Notes: generated from the letters alone by a model not told the origin. Counted from the first letter of the whole stretch, positions 47,917 to 60,540 are shown. The stretch is DNA of 63,640 bases, filler included, from Saprolegnia diclina VS20 (GCF_000281045.1; 8 parts of 5 records of this genome joined end to end with filler, not necessarily neighbours in it); one strand, 5' to 3'. Numbers and translations: made by a program.

Positions 47917-48763
47917 TTAGAGCTTGCTGGTGCCGGCTTTGCCCGCCATGAACTGCTTGACCGCAGCCTCGACGAGATACCCGCTCTCAAAACGGGCGTC
48001 AATGTCCACGTATTCGCGCTCGATCGCAGCAAGGACTTTGGCCTTTTCAATGCCCTTGCCTTCCTTTACGAGCCGCTTGAACACAAGGAGGCTCTCGTCC
48101 GCGCATGGCTGATCGACCATGGCAGCCACCTCGTCAACGACCTTGTCCAAGAATCCGGTCACGGGAAAGAGCTCGGTCACGAGGCCTCCTGCATGCGCTC
48201 GCGCCGCCTCCACCCGCTTGGAGCGCAGAAGCATGTCGTTGGCCAGCATCGGGCCCTACGCCAGTTGCCCTCGTTAGTAAGACACGTTGGACTAAGCCGC
48301 GTACGAGAATCTTTGGGAACAAGTAGCTCGAGCCAAACTCGGGCACGATCCCGACACGCATGAACGGCGTCCAGAAAGTGGCTGTCTCGACGGCAAACAC
48401 AACGTCGCAGTGCGTGAGGAGCGTGACGCCGATGCCAACGGCATGGCCGTTCACGGCGGCGACGAGGATTTTCGGACACTCGATGAGGCGGTTCATGAAG
48501 CGGCGTGTGGCGCTGCGCGATGGAACTTCTGTCGGCATCGACGTGAGGTCCATGCCGCTCGTAAAGTAGTCTCCGGCGCCTGTGAGGACGATCGCGAGCA
48601 CGTGCGGGTGCGCCTCGTAGTAGCCGATGAGTGCATCGAGCTCGGCGTACACAGCCTCGTTGATGGCGTTCTTGACCTTGGGCCGGCGGAGCTCGATGAC
48701 CGCGATCGACTCGTCGCTCGGCCGCGCGAACCACGTCGCCGTAAACTTGGTCGTGGGTGCCAT
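47917..48763 (-). CDS. ECI2: Peroxisomal enoyl-CoA delta-isomerase (crotonase fold); intron 48256-48304
   Basis: Motifs RPKVKNAI, GDYFTSGMDL, AAVNGHAVGIGVTLL and GIVPEFGSSYLFP. C-terminal PTS1 -SKL. Confidence 0.88.
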
Positions 48764-49022
48764 GCCGCCAATTGCGATCTTCGGCTTGCGTATGCTGGCG
48801 ACAGGACGGCNNNNNNNNNNNNNNNNNNNNNNNNNNNNNNNNNNNNNNNNNNNNTTAATTAATTAANNNNNNNNNNNNNNNNNNNNNNNNNNNNNNNNNN
48901 NNNNNNNNNNTGGACGAGTTTCCCGGTTTTCCAGAGACCAAGGCGTGCTGCTACGCGGCGCTGGACGAGTTTGAGCGCGAAGCCACGACCGATCAGAAGC
49001 ATCCTTGGCGCTTTAACGACTA

Positions 49023-51700
49023 ACTAGGGTTAACCTCGTGTGTTCTTGGGGCAGGTTTTGGTCGAGCTCTTTGGTCGAGGTTTTGCATTGGGGTAGCGTG
49101 CAATCTAGCGGAGGGATCGTGTACTACGTGTGACGTAGTTTGGACTCGTCGGTGGACGGATTGAAGTTCAACGTACCTGCCCCAAACCTCGGGTTTATTG
49201 GGCAGGATGTAGTTGGTCTTCGTGGATCAAGTGGGGCACAGGGCCGGTGGGCCATCTAGCGGTCTTTCTGCGTGGCATGTGCAGTGGTTTGATCCGTGTA
49301 GAAGGTTTGTGCAGGGTGCTGTCGCGCTTTTTGATTTCAGTTTGGTATCGGGGCCGCGTACAACGTAGCGGTGTGTCTGTGTCGTAGCTTGGACAATGTG
49401 GATGCCTTCCACCCTTACGGGCTCTTGTACTATGCACGTCCAACGCACCCTTGAAACGCATTCACATGGCGAATCTGTGATGGACGCGTGCGACGGACGC
49501 GACCTCCGCTTCGTTGCGGTGCCCAGCGGACCGCTACCGGCTTTCAGCCAGAAATGACACTGCGATGTCAAACCTCCGCTGCGCTACGGTGCACCTGGTG
49601 GATTCTTTGTAAGGCTCCAATGGTGTCAAGGTCAAATTCATTTTCCATTGTGCCGTGTGGGTGGCGCATCGGACGACTACCCCATAAATTGTGGGGAACT
49701 AACAAACGTGCCCAATAAAAGCGAAGAAGAGAAGAAGAGAAGATCGACTTGCGAAAGGCGTACCATCGCAACATACCCGCCGTCGACCATCGCCATGTCT
49801 TTCGAAAGTTGTGCATGCGTCCCCATCTCGCTTAGATGTGGGTTGTTATTGTTATCGCTTGGTGTGGCCGACTCTCGCTGAGATCAGCGAGTGTCAGGAC
49901 AAGGCGGGCGCGGATCGCCCGGCTGGTGCCACATTGGCGGGAGACGTCTGGCGGGTTCAGGGTCTCATCTGGATTTCAGCTGCTGCCAAGGACCTCATGG
50001 ATCGGATCCTCATCATTGGTCACTGCGGCAGTGCTGGACATCGCGGCGTTGCTGCGTTGTGCAACGCTATTGGAGATATCTTCTCGGTGACGGGCTTGCA
50101 GGCTACGTGCGAAGCCTTTATCAGAGGCTGTCTGCTGTGCCACCACACGAAGGGTCCTCGGATCATCCAACGTCCGTATGCTCCGGTTTGGCATGCTACG
50201 CGACGCAACAAGGGTCTACACTTTGATTTCCTCTATTTGGACAAGTCGGCGAGCGGCTACTAGTACGTTCTCTTGCTCAAGGATGACCTCACGCACTTCT
50301 GTGAATTGGTGCCGTGTGTGAGCGCGACGTCGGAAGCCTGCGACCGCCATCTTGGATTGGGCGAAGCGCTTTGGCATGCCGCTGACGTGGATCTCGGACC
50401 CAGGCTCGCATTTCAAGAACGAGGTGATGGCTACGCTGGCGACAATGACCAAAGTACGACATGATGTTGTGCTTGCGTACTGCCCATGGTGTAATGGCAC
50501 GATCGAGCGGCTGAACCGCGATCTGCTACAAGTCCTCCGGGTGCTGTTGCGTGAGTATCGTCTGGCGATCGATCAATGGGACTACCTTCTGCCGGTGGTG
50601 CAAGCGAATCTCAACCACACGGGGGCTCGAAATCGCCAACGGAGGTCTTTACGCTTTTGAAGCCGACGGTGCCGTTGCACGTCATCCTCGGTCCCGACAA
50701 CTCGATCCGGGACAAGTGCGACTGGTCGAAGGCAACGATTACCAACAACGTGGATGCGCTGCGGCTCAGCCTCCACGAGATGCACAAGAAGATTCTCGAT
50801 CTCAACCGTGAGCGCGAGGCCCGAAAGCTACTCGACACGAAGCGTGTGCATACGCTGAATGTTGAAGTTGGCGAGTACGTGCTGTGGTCAAGGGTCGATG
50901 ACATCCGTTATCCCAAGCTGCGCGTCACGTGGCTCGGACCCTACTTGGTGATTCAAGTCAACGAATTCTCGGTCAAGATTCAACATTTAATTACCAAGGA
51001 AGAACGACTCGCTCACTCGTCTCGGATCAAGTACTATTCCGACTCGAGCCTCAACGTCACGGAAGACATAATCGACCATGTGTCGGAACAAGGTGTCATG
51101 CTCAAGGTGGCTGCGATCGCGGCGCATCGCAACAATCAAGCCGCCAAACTCTATGAGCTGCACGTGCACTGGGAAGGTCTGGAGGCGATTGAAGCCTCGT
51201 GGAAAAGACTCTACTCGTTGCTCGCCCAGTGCCCAACTGTCGTCCAGCGGTATGTTGAGTCACTCGCCGACGGGCCTGACCAACGCCGGCTCCGTTCGGG
51301 AATAGCTCTTTCTTAGCCGCTTCAACCTTTGCATCATTACGGCACTCGGGTCCAATACTGCATAGCAGGACGCTTCACGCACAACAGCTTGCTGCAGCAT
51401 CGCAGAATGATCAACATTGCAGGATGTATAACGCTCATGACGTGGCATAAAGAATCGCTTCTCGGATTTGCAGCCATTCTACTGTGACAGGCGCGGCCGC
51501 TACACGCGCGCACTTCGCTTGGAGGTGCAGTGGCGGTCGCGGTCGCCGCCTTGGTTCGCTGCCGTCGCCTCTGCCTCGCGGTGATCTTCCGCTTCAGCTC
51601 CTTGGCCTCCTCAATCGGAGTCGATGTCGCCAGGGCGCGTGCAGCTTCGCATTCCGCTGCTCGCACTTGCGCTGCGCCCCCGAGACTGGCGGCTCCACCA
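49023..51700 (-). repeat. Interspersed repeat family X, copy 2, split by the gypsy fragment
   Basis: 49023-49670 matches 23339-24015, and 51316-51700 matches 24085-24440. Confidence 0.75.
49830..51316 (+). mobile_element. Degenerate Ty3/gypsy (chromovirus-type) integrase plus chromodomain fragment
   Basis: HHCC finger (HCGSAGHRG...CLLC), rve core (LHFDFLYL, ISDPGSHF, NGTIERLNR), WLGPY and chromodomain YELHVHWEGLEAIEASW. There is a stop at 50261 and two frameshifts. No RT or gag is visible. Confidence 0.88.
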
Positions 51701-53041
51701 TGGCCGGGTCTTCTGCTCTGTGCCTGGCGCGCGAATTGCAATAGAAACCTGCAATGCGAACGTAACATCCAGATACGATTCTAATAACGTCACGCGTAGT
51801 ATTGAGGTCCCGCGCTATCGCAGCTGGCCCCAACGATACCAAATACATTCGCTACGCCCATACATTGCGCTATCGCGCACATTATCCTGCCACGCTGCCG
51901 TGCACTATCGCAAGTGCACACGCTACGCTCGGGATTGATCGACGAAGTCGTTACCACACGCATTCGCTGCACTCGCGGGTCGGTTAAGTACGCTCTCGCA
52001 CTTGTAACGTTGTTACAAAGTCAACAATCACGAAATGGACCTGCCACTCGTATTTAACCGAATTTGACCGTTCTCGACGCCGGAACACCATGTTGCGACT
52101 TCATTTTGCCCTGCCGTGCTATCGCACGGGCCCGGCTACCGCCGCTGCGCTCGTGCCGCGCTTCGCGCAAAAAAGTCTTCATTCAATTAAAAGATAGACA
52201 CCTAAGCACTCTTGTACTCTTGTATGCAAAATCTCTCGACTGTTGTCCGACCTCCCCCACCGAGCCCGTTGAATTTCCAACGTTTTTGATGTTGTCTGGT
52301 CAAATGCCATCGCTCAACGGGAGCCAATCAAATTGTAGAGGTCGTTTTCCAGAGACCAAGGCGTGCTGCTACGCGGCGCTGGACGAGTTTGAGCGCGAAG
52401 CCACGACCGATCAGAAGCATCCTTGGCGCTTTAACGACTAACTACCTATACTCGTATTTAACCGAATTTGACCGTTCTCGACGCCGGAACACCATGTTGC
52501 GACTTCATTTTGCCCTGCCGTGCTATCGCACGGGCCCGGCTACCGCCGCTGCGCTCGTGCCGCGCTTCGCGCAAAAAAGTCTTCGTTCAATTAAAAGATA
52601 GACACCTAAGCACTCTTGTACTCTTGTATGCAAAATCTCTCGACTGTTGTCCGACCTCCCCCACCGAGCCCGTTGAATTTCCAACGTTTTTGATGTCGCA
52701 AGGTCAAATGCCATCGCTCAACGGGAGCCAATCAAATTGTAGAGGTCGTCACGACGGCGCACCTGGATGTGTGTTTTTTCGAATTTGGCATGGCCGTTTT
52801 CTGGGCACTTTCAGATCCAGATCCAGACGCACTTCCGAAATTGCACTTGCCCGCGATGTTCTCGACACTTGTTCGGACGGTGCGCCGGCGCTCGCGCTTC
52901 TTCTCCATCGACAGCGCTCGTCCGAGCGTGGGTCCTGCGTGCTTGGAGCCGAAAGCAGACGCGACCAACTCGGCCAAGCCCGACCCGATCGCCGCATGCC
53001 ATCGCGACTCGAACAGTGTCGACGTGACGCATTCGTTGGCG

Positions 53042-53594
53042 ATGAAGACGGCTGAGATTCCGTTCGACCGTTCGATTAGCAACGAGAACGCAAACATGGA
53101 GAAGTCCAAGCAACAAGACGTCCAGGATAAATTGAAGGTTTCGAATGCCTATGTCCAGGACGCCATTTTGACGCTGGAGCAAGACATCAAGAACCTCCAC
53201 GCCCGTTTGGACGCCATTGACGCCACTCATGACGCCATTGACGCCACTCATGACGCCATTGACGCCCGTTTGGACGCCATTGACGCTACTCATGACACCA
53301 TTGACGCCCGTTTGGACGCCATTGACGCCACTCATGATACCATCGATGCAACTTTCGTCGCCCTCGGTCCGCGTCTTGTCGCATTTAACGAAAGCCTCGC
53401 AGAGCTTGTAGCTTCCAGCAACAAGCGAAAGCGCGACCGCGAGCTGGACGAGCTTGGGGCGTTCATCACCAAGTACGAGAACTTTCGTGCACTCAAACTC
53501 GGCGGTGACGTGCGCGCCGACGCCAGCACGGACGACGACACGGACGCCAGCACGGACGACGACACGGACGCCAGCACGGACGACGACACGGACG
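53042..53594 (+). CDS. Hypothetical coiled-coil protein with 21-nt heptad repeats and a 24-nt acidic repeat, cut by a gap
   Basis: LDAIDATHDAIDATHDAIDAR array at 53208-53350 and (DASTDDDT)n from 53519. Confidence 0.45.
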
Positions 53595-54044
53595 NNNNNN
53601 NNNNNNNNNNNNNNNNNNNNNNNNNNNNNNNNNNNNNNTTAATTAATTAANNNNNNNNNNNNNNNNNNNNNNNNNNNNNNNNNNNNNNNNNNNNCGTCAT
53701 CAACCGAGCGGGGCGAGCGCGAGCATCCCACTGAATACCGCCGAATAAACTGATTCACAAGTTTTGCCGCGACGCTGCAGCAGGCTGTTGTGTCCTCTAT
53801 GCAAGACGCGTCCGGCTATGCAGTATTGGAACCGAGTGCCCAAAGGATGCGACTCCGGCGGCTAACAAAGAGTTCCTCGCCGCGAAGGCTCAAGCCAATC
53901 AACGCTCGGCGGCGTTCGGGATTGGGTTCCACGAAGTTGCATGTTGGATTTACCAGTTTTTTTCGCACGCACTAGGATAACGCAACGTTGCCCGTTACGT
54001 GCGGTTCCACGGGTCCTTTTCGGGTCGCTAGTGCTGCCTGGAGC

Positions 54045-55588
54045 TTAGTTATCAACGTCCGTGCTACCAATGTGCGGCGACCGGAGGACATCGACTTGAT
54101 CGTCGCTTGTATTGACGTGCCCGTATTGGTCGTCATCAGACGCGCGCTCGGTCACTAGCCCAACGACAGCCTCAAGCGCGTTGATGATTTCGTCGACGTC
54201 GTCGGCGACATCCGGCCCATCGCACACCTCGTCGTTGTCGTTGGTGTCGTCTGGGCACACAATGTCGCAGAATGCATCAAGGTACGCATTGACTGTCTTG
54301 TTGACGGCAGACACTTGGGCGAGGATAGCCGAGTATTCGAGACTCGGAACCGATGCGATCCGGTCGGTTGTGTCGTCGTCAACGGCGTCGACATTGTCGT
54401 CAAGATACTCCTTGAGTGCAATGACGTCTTGGTCGTCGTTGATGATGACCTCGCGCTCGATCGCGTCGGTTTCGGCGGCCATGCGATCGCGCATTTCTGT
54501 GCTGTCGTCGATAGTGACGTCAACGTAGCCCGGATGGCCCACGCCTTTCCAGACGTGAAGAAATCGAAAAGCGGTGTCTGCAACGATCTCGTGGTGCTCA
54601 CGGATGGACTCGAGCGTCTCGTCGCACTTCTCGTGTGGTCCGACGTACGTCACATGGACTCGTCGCCCGTCCGTGACTTCAGGCAAAATCTTGGCGACTT
54701 GGATCGGCCCATCCGCAAAAAAGCAAATGCAGTGAGCGGTTGCGTGGTGTGGGCGCACAAGAAGGTTAATATTTAATATGATGCGCACGTGCAGCTGTGA
54801 TAGCCCGCAAGGTAGCGTCGCTGATTTTTGGCAACGTCTCGCACCGCCCGTAGTCGTGGCCCTTGGCGATACTGAAGGGCGCAACGTTGTGAGACCCTGC
54901 AGTCGGGTCCTTGGCGCATGTCGAGCACAGCACGACGTTGCTTTTGTCTGGGACAAGGCTTGGGTTCAGATGATAGTGCACACCATCAACGCGGAGCACC
55001 GACACAACTTCGGAGACGAGCTTGCTGTCGCGCGGCAGCCGAGCAACTTGGAAGTCATCGAGGCGAAACACTGTGGGTAGGTGTTCGACAGGCCCCGCGT
55101 CAACAATGTGATCTGCGCATTCGTAGAGTGCCTCGTTCCACGAGGCACATGCAGCGATGCGCCCGGATCCGGCATCTCGCTGGCGCACTCTCCCGACAGC
55201 GTGCAGCGTCTGCCTGACCGACTGCATCCCCAACAGCTCGCAAAATGCGTTCGCAAACTGCGTGACCACCGGGGCCGTTGAGTGACTCGTCGTTGCACAC
55301 ATGAGCGTCGGGGTTGCCCGAGCAGAGGTGGAAGGCTGCGATCGCTAGTTTTGGGTGCTTGGTAAAGTTTTGCGACGCTGCGATCTTGTCAACAGTGGTT
55401 GCGTCGATAGCTGCTTCGGCAAGGATCCGGTCGGCAAGCAATTCGAGCTCGCAATCAACTGCCGTGCGGGAGTTCGCTTTGACCTTGCGTGCTTTTTCAA
55501 GCCGCACGACCTTTTCTTCGGGCGTCTCGGTGGCGCGCGTAGTAGCTTGGCTAAGGCGTTGCTTTTCCAGTCGCGCCGCCTCCTCCTC
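54045..55588 (-). mobile_element. Decayed Helitron/Helentron-type ORF with a DUF6570-like region
   Basis: LCSTC...PFSIAKGHDYG...LP...HCICF...ILP...VHVTYVGP...HPGYVDVTID matches the pattern found upstream of Helitron Rep domains. The ORF is frameshifted, and no Rep or helicase motifs are in view. Confidence 0.6.
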
Positions 55589-56209
55589 NNNNNNNNNNNN
55601 NNNNNNNNNNNNNNNNNNNNNNNNNNNNNNNNTTAATTAATTAANNNNNNNNNNNNNNNNNNNNNNNNNNNNNNNNNNNNNNNNNNNNGCGATTTGCATG
55701 AAGTGCGCCGACCACATTCGCCAGACAAGCCGGCAATGCCCCGTGTGCCGCGCCGACGTGCGCGAAATCATCCAGCTCTACCATGTCTAAGGCGAGCATC
55801 GAAGCGCGCTCTAAAGATGCGAGTTTGTATTTATAACGGTGTTGGCCACCTGTGTTAATAGCGTCATCGAGGGTCAACCCTACCCCTACTTGACCACAAC
55901 ATTTGCTAGAACACCCAACCCTAGAGCCACCCATCGTTTTGTAACGTTATAATCGAATTGATTTCCACTTTCCAACTACAGTTTATGTAGTAGTCTAGCT
56001 TCTCTAGATGCGCGAACAACGAATACTAATATCGGATGTGGCGCGTCAAAGGTTAGGTAATCACAGCCTTTCAATCATAAGCACAAGATACGCATTCCCT
56101 TGGAATGTTGGTGGCGGAGCGCCATTCACGCAGAATGCAGGTACATGTGACTGCCCGTGTGGACAGAGGCAGCAGCAAACGTCATTTTTGTTTTATCCGA
56201 GTCTACTCG

Positions 56210-57674
56210 ATGGGTATTCCTTCCGTGACGATCCAGCTGCCGTCGACGGCCACGTCGTGGGCGAGCGAGATCGGCCACGATCTCAACAAGCTCGGTGCCA
56301 CGCTCACCAAGGGAGTTCACGAAGTCTGCAGCAGCCTTCACGTGCACGACCTCGTCTCGTCCCTTCAATCAGCGCTGACCTTCGACGTGGGCCGCAACGC
56401 TAACCGCGTCTTCCTTGCCGCCCGCACCAACAACATTTCAGCGCTCACCAACGCGCTTGCCACGTCACCAGCCGAGCAAGCTACCTTGCTTGAGTACCGC
56501 GGATCCAACGGCCGGACACCGCTGCTTGTCGCTGCGGCCAAAGATCACGTGGCCTGTATCGAGATTTTGCTGCAGCACGGCGCCAACGTCATGGCGACCG
56601 ACGATAGCGGCAACAACGCACTGCACTATGCATGCTTTCAAGGCGCGGTGAACGCCGCGCGCTTCCTCCTTTCGCCGGCTCTCGGTCTCTCGCCCTTCTC
56701 GCTCAACGCCCATGGGTTGGCGCCCATGGACATGGTACGTGCGAGTCTCGCCCAACGCGAACATGTGGCTGCATCGGGCGCGATCCAGCAGCTCTTGGCG
56801 TCGCACACGTGCCTCTTCATGGGCTACATCTACGAGAGCGTCGAGAACACCGCGTCGGCGGTCTCGGGGCTGCGCGCGCTGCGGTCCTGGACTCGGCGCT
56901 GGGCCATCGTCTCGCATGTCGGGTCGCCCACGTATCTCGAAATTGCATTCTACAATGTCTCTGCCATGGACCCGTCGCGTCACCCCCCGAGGTAGACGCT
57001 CTTGGTGCACTCTCGGGGATTGATGTCGCGTGTCTTTTTATCTAGCTCGATCTTTATGCTCAATGCCACGGGTTCTGTGCAGCTGTCGACATCCGACAAG
57101 TGGTTCAATGACAAGCCGTTTGCGCTCCTCGTGCCCGGCGCACGTCTCAAGGGCCCGGGGATCATTGGCAGCGAAGAAATGCTCGAGCTGGCGGCGCTTG
57201 ATGCACCCTCGTTCGCTGCGTGGTCGGCCTTTCTAACACAAGGCGCGGTACGACCTACTTGTAGTCTAGTATAGCTCATCGATTCGATGCGTAGACGGTA
57301 CCAGCGGCCATCGCCGTCCGAGACAACGCCAAACGTGTAGACACACCTACTGACACTACCTCAGTCGACATCACACCCACTCTCGACCTTTCAATCGCCC
57401 AAACGGAAGCTCCTATCGCGCTGACAGAAGCTCCCGTCGTCCTAACGGAAGCTCCCGTGATGGTGGAGGCAGCGACAGAGTCTGCACCGTCGGCACCGTC
57501 GGTCGAAGACGGTCGATCGATGGCCCACTGTATTTTGTGCGACCATGGCTCGCAAAACGCCGTCTGCGTACCCTGCGGCCATGCAGCTCTGTGCATGGGC
57601 TGCGCCGTCGAGGTCCAAGCCACCGCTTGCTTTGTCTGCAACGCTCCGATTCGAGAAGTTGTCGAGCTCTTCCA
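56210..57674 (+). CDS. Ankyrin-repeat protein with a PH-like middle and a C-terminal RING (C3HC4) finger; 3' end at a gap
   Basis: Ankyrin motifs GRTPLLVAA and GNNALHYAC. PH-like LRSWTRRWAIV. RING CILC...CVPCGHAALCMGC...CFVCNAPI. Two short introns. Confidence 0.82.
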
Positions 57675-57849
57675 NNNNNNNNNNNNNNNNNNNNNNNNNN
57701 NNNNNNNNNNNNNNNNNNTTAATTAATTAANNNNNNNNNNNNNNNNNNNNNNNNNNNNNNNNNNNNNNNNNNNNTTGGTCCCGAGGTACGCATCCGTGAG
57801 ACCCGGCACCGCGTGAAAAAGGCCGTCGACGTGGTCACGCACCGTCAGC

Positions 57850-58560
57850 ACCATTTCATCATCCTTGGCCGCCTTCGCAGCCGGCGGCGCGAGGTCGACA
57901 CAAACCGGCCTCGAGACGCGTGCACTAGCTCGCAAAGGCGTCCTTGAGCGCGCCGTGTATGACAAGCGGGTGGTGCGACAACACGAGAAGGCGTGGAAAG
58001 AGCGCAAAATTTCGACCTCGTGTGTCGCGGGCAAACACGGAGCCTAGTCAATCTGTGAGACGCTAATAGCGCGAAGATGTGTGGTACCGTGTGCCTAACG
58101 CGAGCCAGCGCTGCGCAGATGCCTTGAAGAACGAGGTTCTGCCAAGCATGATTTGGTCCATGGGCGTGTGGCCACGGTGGGTGACTGCCGAGGACTCGAA
58201 GCTTCGGTCGTTGGTAACTTCAGCACAGATCACATCTGAAGCGACGTCGAGCGAGAGGTTCGCGGCGGGCGAGAGGTTCTTGATGTCGTCGCGGCGCGGT
58301 CAGCGGTCTCCGTGTTGGCTGCCGTGTGCAAGCAGCAGGACGTCAAGCGTGAGGCGCTCGAGATGAGCGCCGTTTGGCTTTGCGCTGCGAGATGTCGCGC
58401 ACGCACCGAACGCGGCGCGGCGCGCGCGCAGGGCCTACTGCTGCGGCGGTGGCGGCGTGGCTCTTTGTCGTGGCGCCCAATTTGGAATTTTCCTTGGTGT
58501 CCAGATGTATTATCCGGATAGTGCGACTCGACGCTGAGGCTGTCGCGCCATTTCCACACT
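57850..58560. repeat. Degenerate repeat family Y, copy 1
   Basis: Colinear direct similarity to 59840-60540, including ggaaagagcgcaaaa, gatgtgtggtacc and gtgtgcaagcagcaggacgtcaag. Confidence 0.8.
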
Positions 58561-59839
58561 CCTCGCACCTGCGCTCGACGTCGTCGAGTTTGTCATCGAC
58601 TATATCCCTCACATCGCATAGTCGCTCGGTGTAAACGCAATGGCCTTTCTATCGCAACGGCGCCGCTGGCTGCGACGCCGCTCACGACGTCACCATCGGT
58701 CGTTCGTGGGGTGGCATCGGTCCTCGATGACCCTCGATGACGTAGGCCGTGGCATTCGCATGCCGCATGAGGACGCTGCGATCAGCGGGAATCGCAATCT
58801 CGATCCACTGAAACGGAAAATCGTCGCTACGAGTGTAGAAGACGAAGACTACGACGTCTCAATGCCATCATTTGCATTTTTAACGTTTTAAGAGCTTTGA
58901 ATGGATGAATCTGGCATCGAGCATTGCACGCGTTGTAGGCTTGCAGCGATGACGAATCNNNNNNNNNNNNNNNNNNNNNNNNNNNNNNNNNNNNNNNNNN
59001 NNTTAATTAATTAANNNNNNNNNNNNNNNNNNNNNNNNNNNNNNNNNNNNNNNNNNNNGTTGGAATATAACAGCAATTGTTGGCGAGTTTCAAAACAAAT
59101 ACTTGCAGGCCTTTGATAGCCACGTGCGTCGACATACAACCTCTCTCGAGCTAGAGAAAGCGTCAGGTCCAACACACAACACTTGGGTCGAGTTAGCTGC
59201 ATAATTTACACGGGGTTACATTCACAGATACATACACACAGTACATCTAGTAGTCAAAAAGCGGACCCTTGGGGCTGAAGAACGTCGGGTTGTGTAGGTC
59301 GTTGCTGGCGCAGGACGAGATGAGGGTCGATACCTTAGACGATCAGCGCGCCGAGGCAGCTCGTAGCCCGCCTGTACCTGCCTGAAGCGTCGAGACGAGG
59401 CAGCTGACGATCGTCTGCTTCTCGGCGTTCTTGCCCGAGAGCGCTTGCAGAATGATGCACATGCGAGTCTTGGGTGTATTGGACTCGAGGCTTTTCTGCG
59501 CAACGATGGTACGGCGCGACTTGCCGGGGTGAGAGGTTCGCGGTGGGCGGTCTGGCGCCGTGACTGCTGTGACGAGTTACGTCGTCGGCCTTCTTCTTGG
59601 TCTTTGTACAGCACGACGTTTGGCGTGCAGAAAATGCAGAGGTTCGTCGTCCGAGACGTTGGTAATCACCGCGACGCGCGACTAGATGAGGCTGCTCAAG
59701 ACGAGAGCTTTGTTGTTGCCGGCAAACACGAGAGGAACAGAAGAGCACACTGCGCGCCTACACGTTCAAGGCGCGAAGCGGCGTAGAGCTTGGCCTCGCG
59801 TCCGTGAGACCAGGCTCAGTGTGAAAAAGGCACCGGCGG

Positions 59840-60540
59840 CACCATTTTCATTGTCCTTGAGCGCCTTCGCAGCCGACGCCGCGACGTCGACATGAACCAG
59901 GCCTTGAGGCGCGTCCACTAGCTGACAATGGCGTACTTGCGCGCGCTATGCACGACGAGCGGTTGGTACGAGACCACGAGAAGCGCGGAAAGAGCGCAAA
60001 AATGTCGACCTCGTGTGTCTCGGGCAATACGGAACCTAGTCATTCTATGAGATGCTAGTAGCGTCAAAGATGTGTGGTACCTTGTGCGAAACGTGTGCCA
60101 GCGCTGCGCGGACGCCTTGAGGTCCGGTGTAGCGTGATGTGGACAATGGGCGCGCGGCCACTGTGTGACCGCCGAGAGAAGCTGGTAGCTTGAGCGCATA
60201 TCGCATCTGACACGCCGCCGAGCGCAAGGTTCGCTGCGGGCGAGAGGTCGCTGCGGGCCAGCGATCTCGGTGCTGGCTGTCGTGTGCAAGCAGCAGGACG
60301 TCAAGTGCGAGGCGCTCGAGATGTGCGCCTTTTGGATCTGCGCCGCGAGATGACGAGCGCGGTCTGAACGCGGCGCGGCGCGCGCGTAGCGCCCACTGCT
60401 GCCCCGGCGGCGGCGTGGCTTGTCGACAAACCGCCCATTTTGGAATTTGCCCTGACTCTGGGTGTCCGGTTATGTATCCGGATGCCTCGAAACGACGCCA
60501 CGAGCGCGACGCGGTCGAGGCCATCACTCCTCGCATAAAA
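59840..60540. repeat. Degenerate repeat family Y, copy 2
   Basis: Matches 57850-58560. Both copies give AHLERL[TA]LDVLLLAH and KASAQRW...TRYHTS on the minus strand, with stops. Confidence 0.8.

Larger units (their letters stand above)
48926..52749. mobile_element. Candidate split-direct-repeat element: A1 48926-49026, B1 52046-52345, A2 52344-52444, B2 52450-52749
   Basis: A1 and A2 are identical over 101 nt, and B1 and B2 are near-identical over 300 nt. The outer ends match the internal B1/A2 junction exactly. Confidence 0.5.

Noticed and set aside
29751..48763. Possible cofactor-metabolism cluster (NAXE, pirin, PDX2, ECI2)
   Set aside because: The genes are interspersed with unrelated ones over about 19 kb, and there is no shared pathway evidence.
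52046..52749. B repeats as LTRs of the gypsy fragment, or as a CRISPR-like array
   Set aside because: Both B copies lie on the same side of the integrase, lack TG...CA ends, and are far too long for CRISPR repeats.
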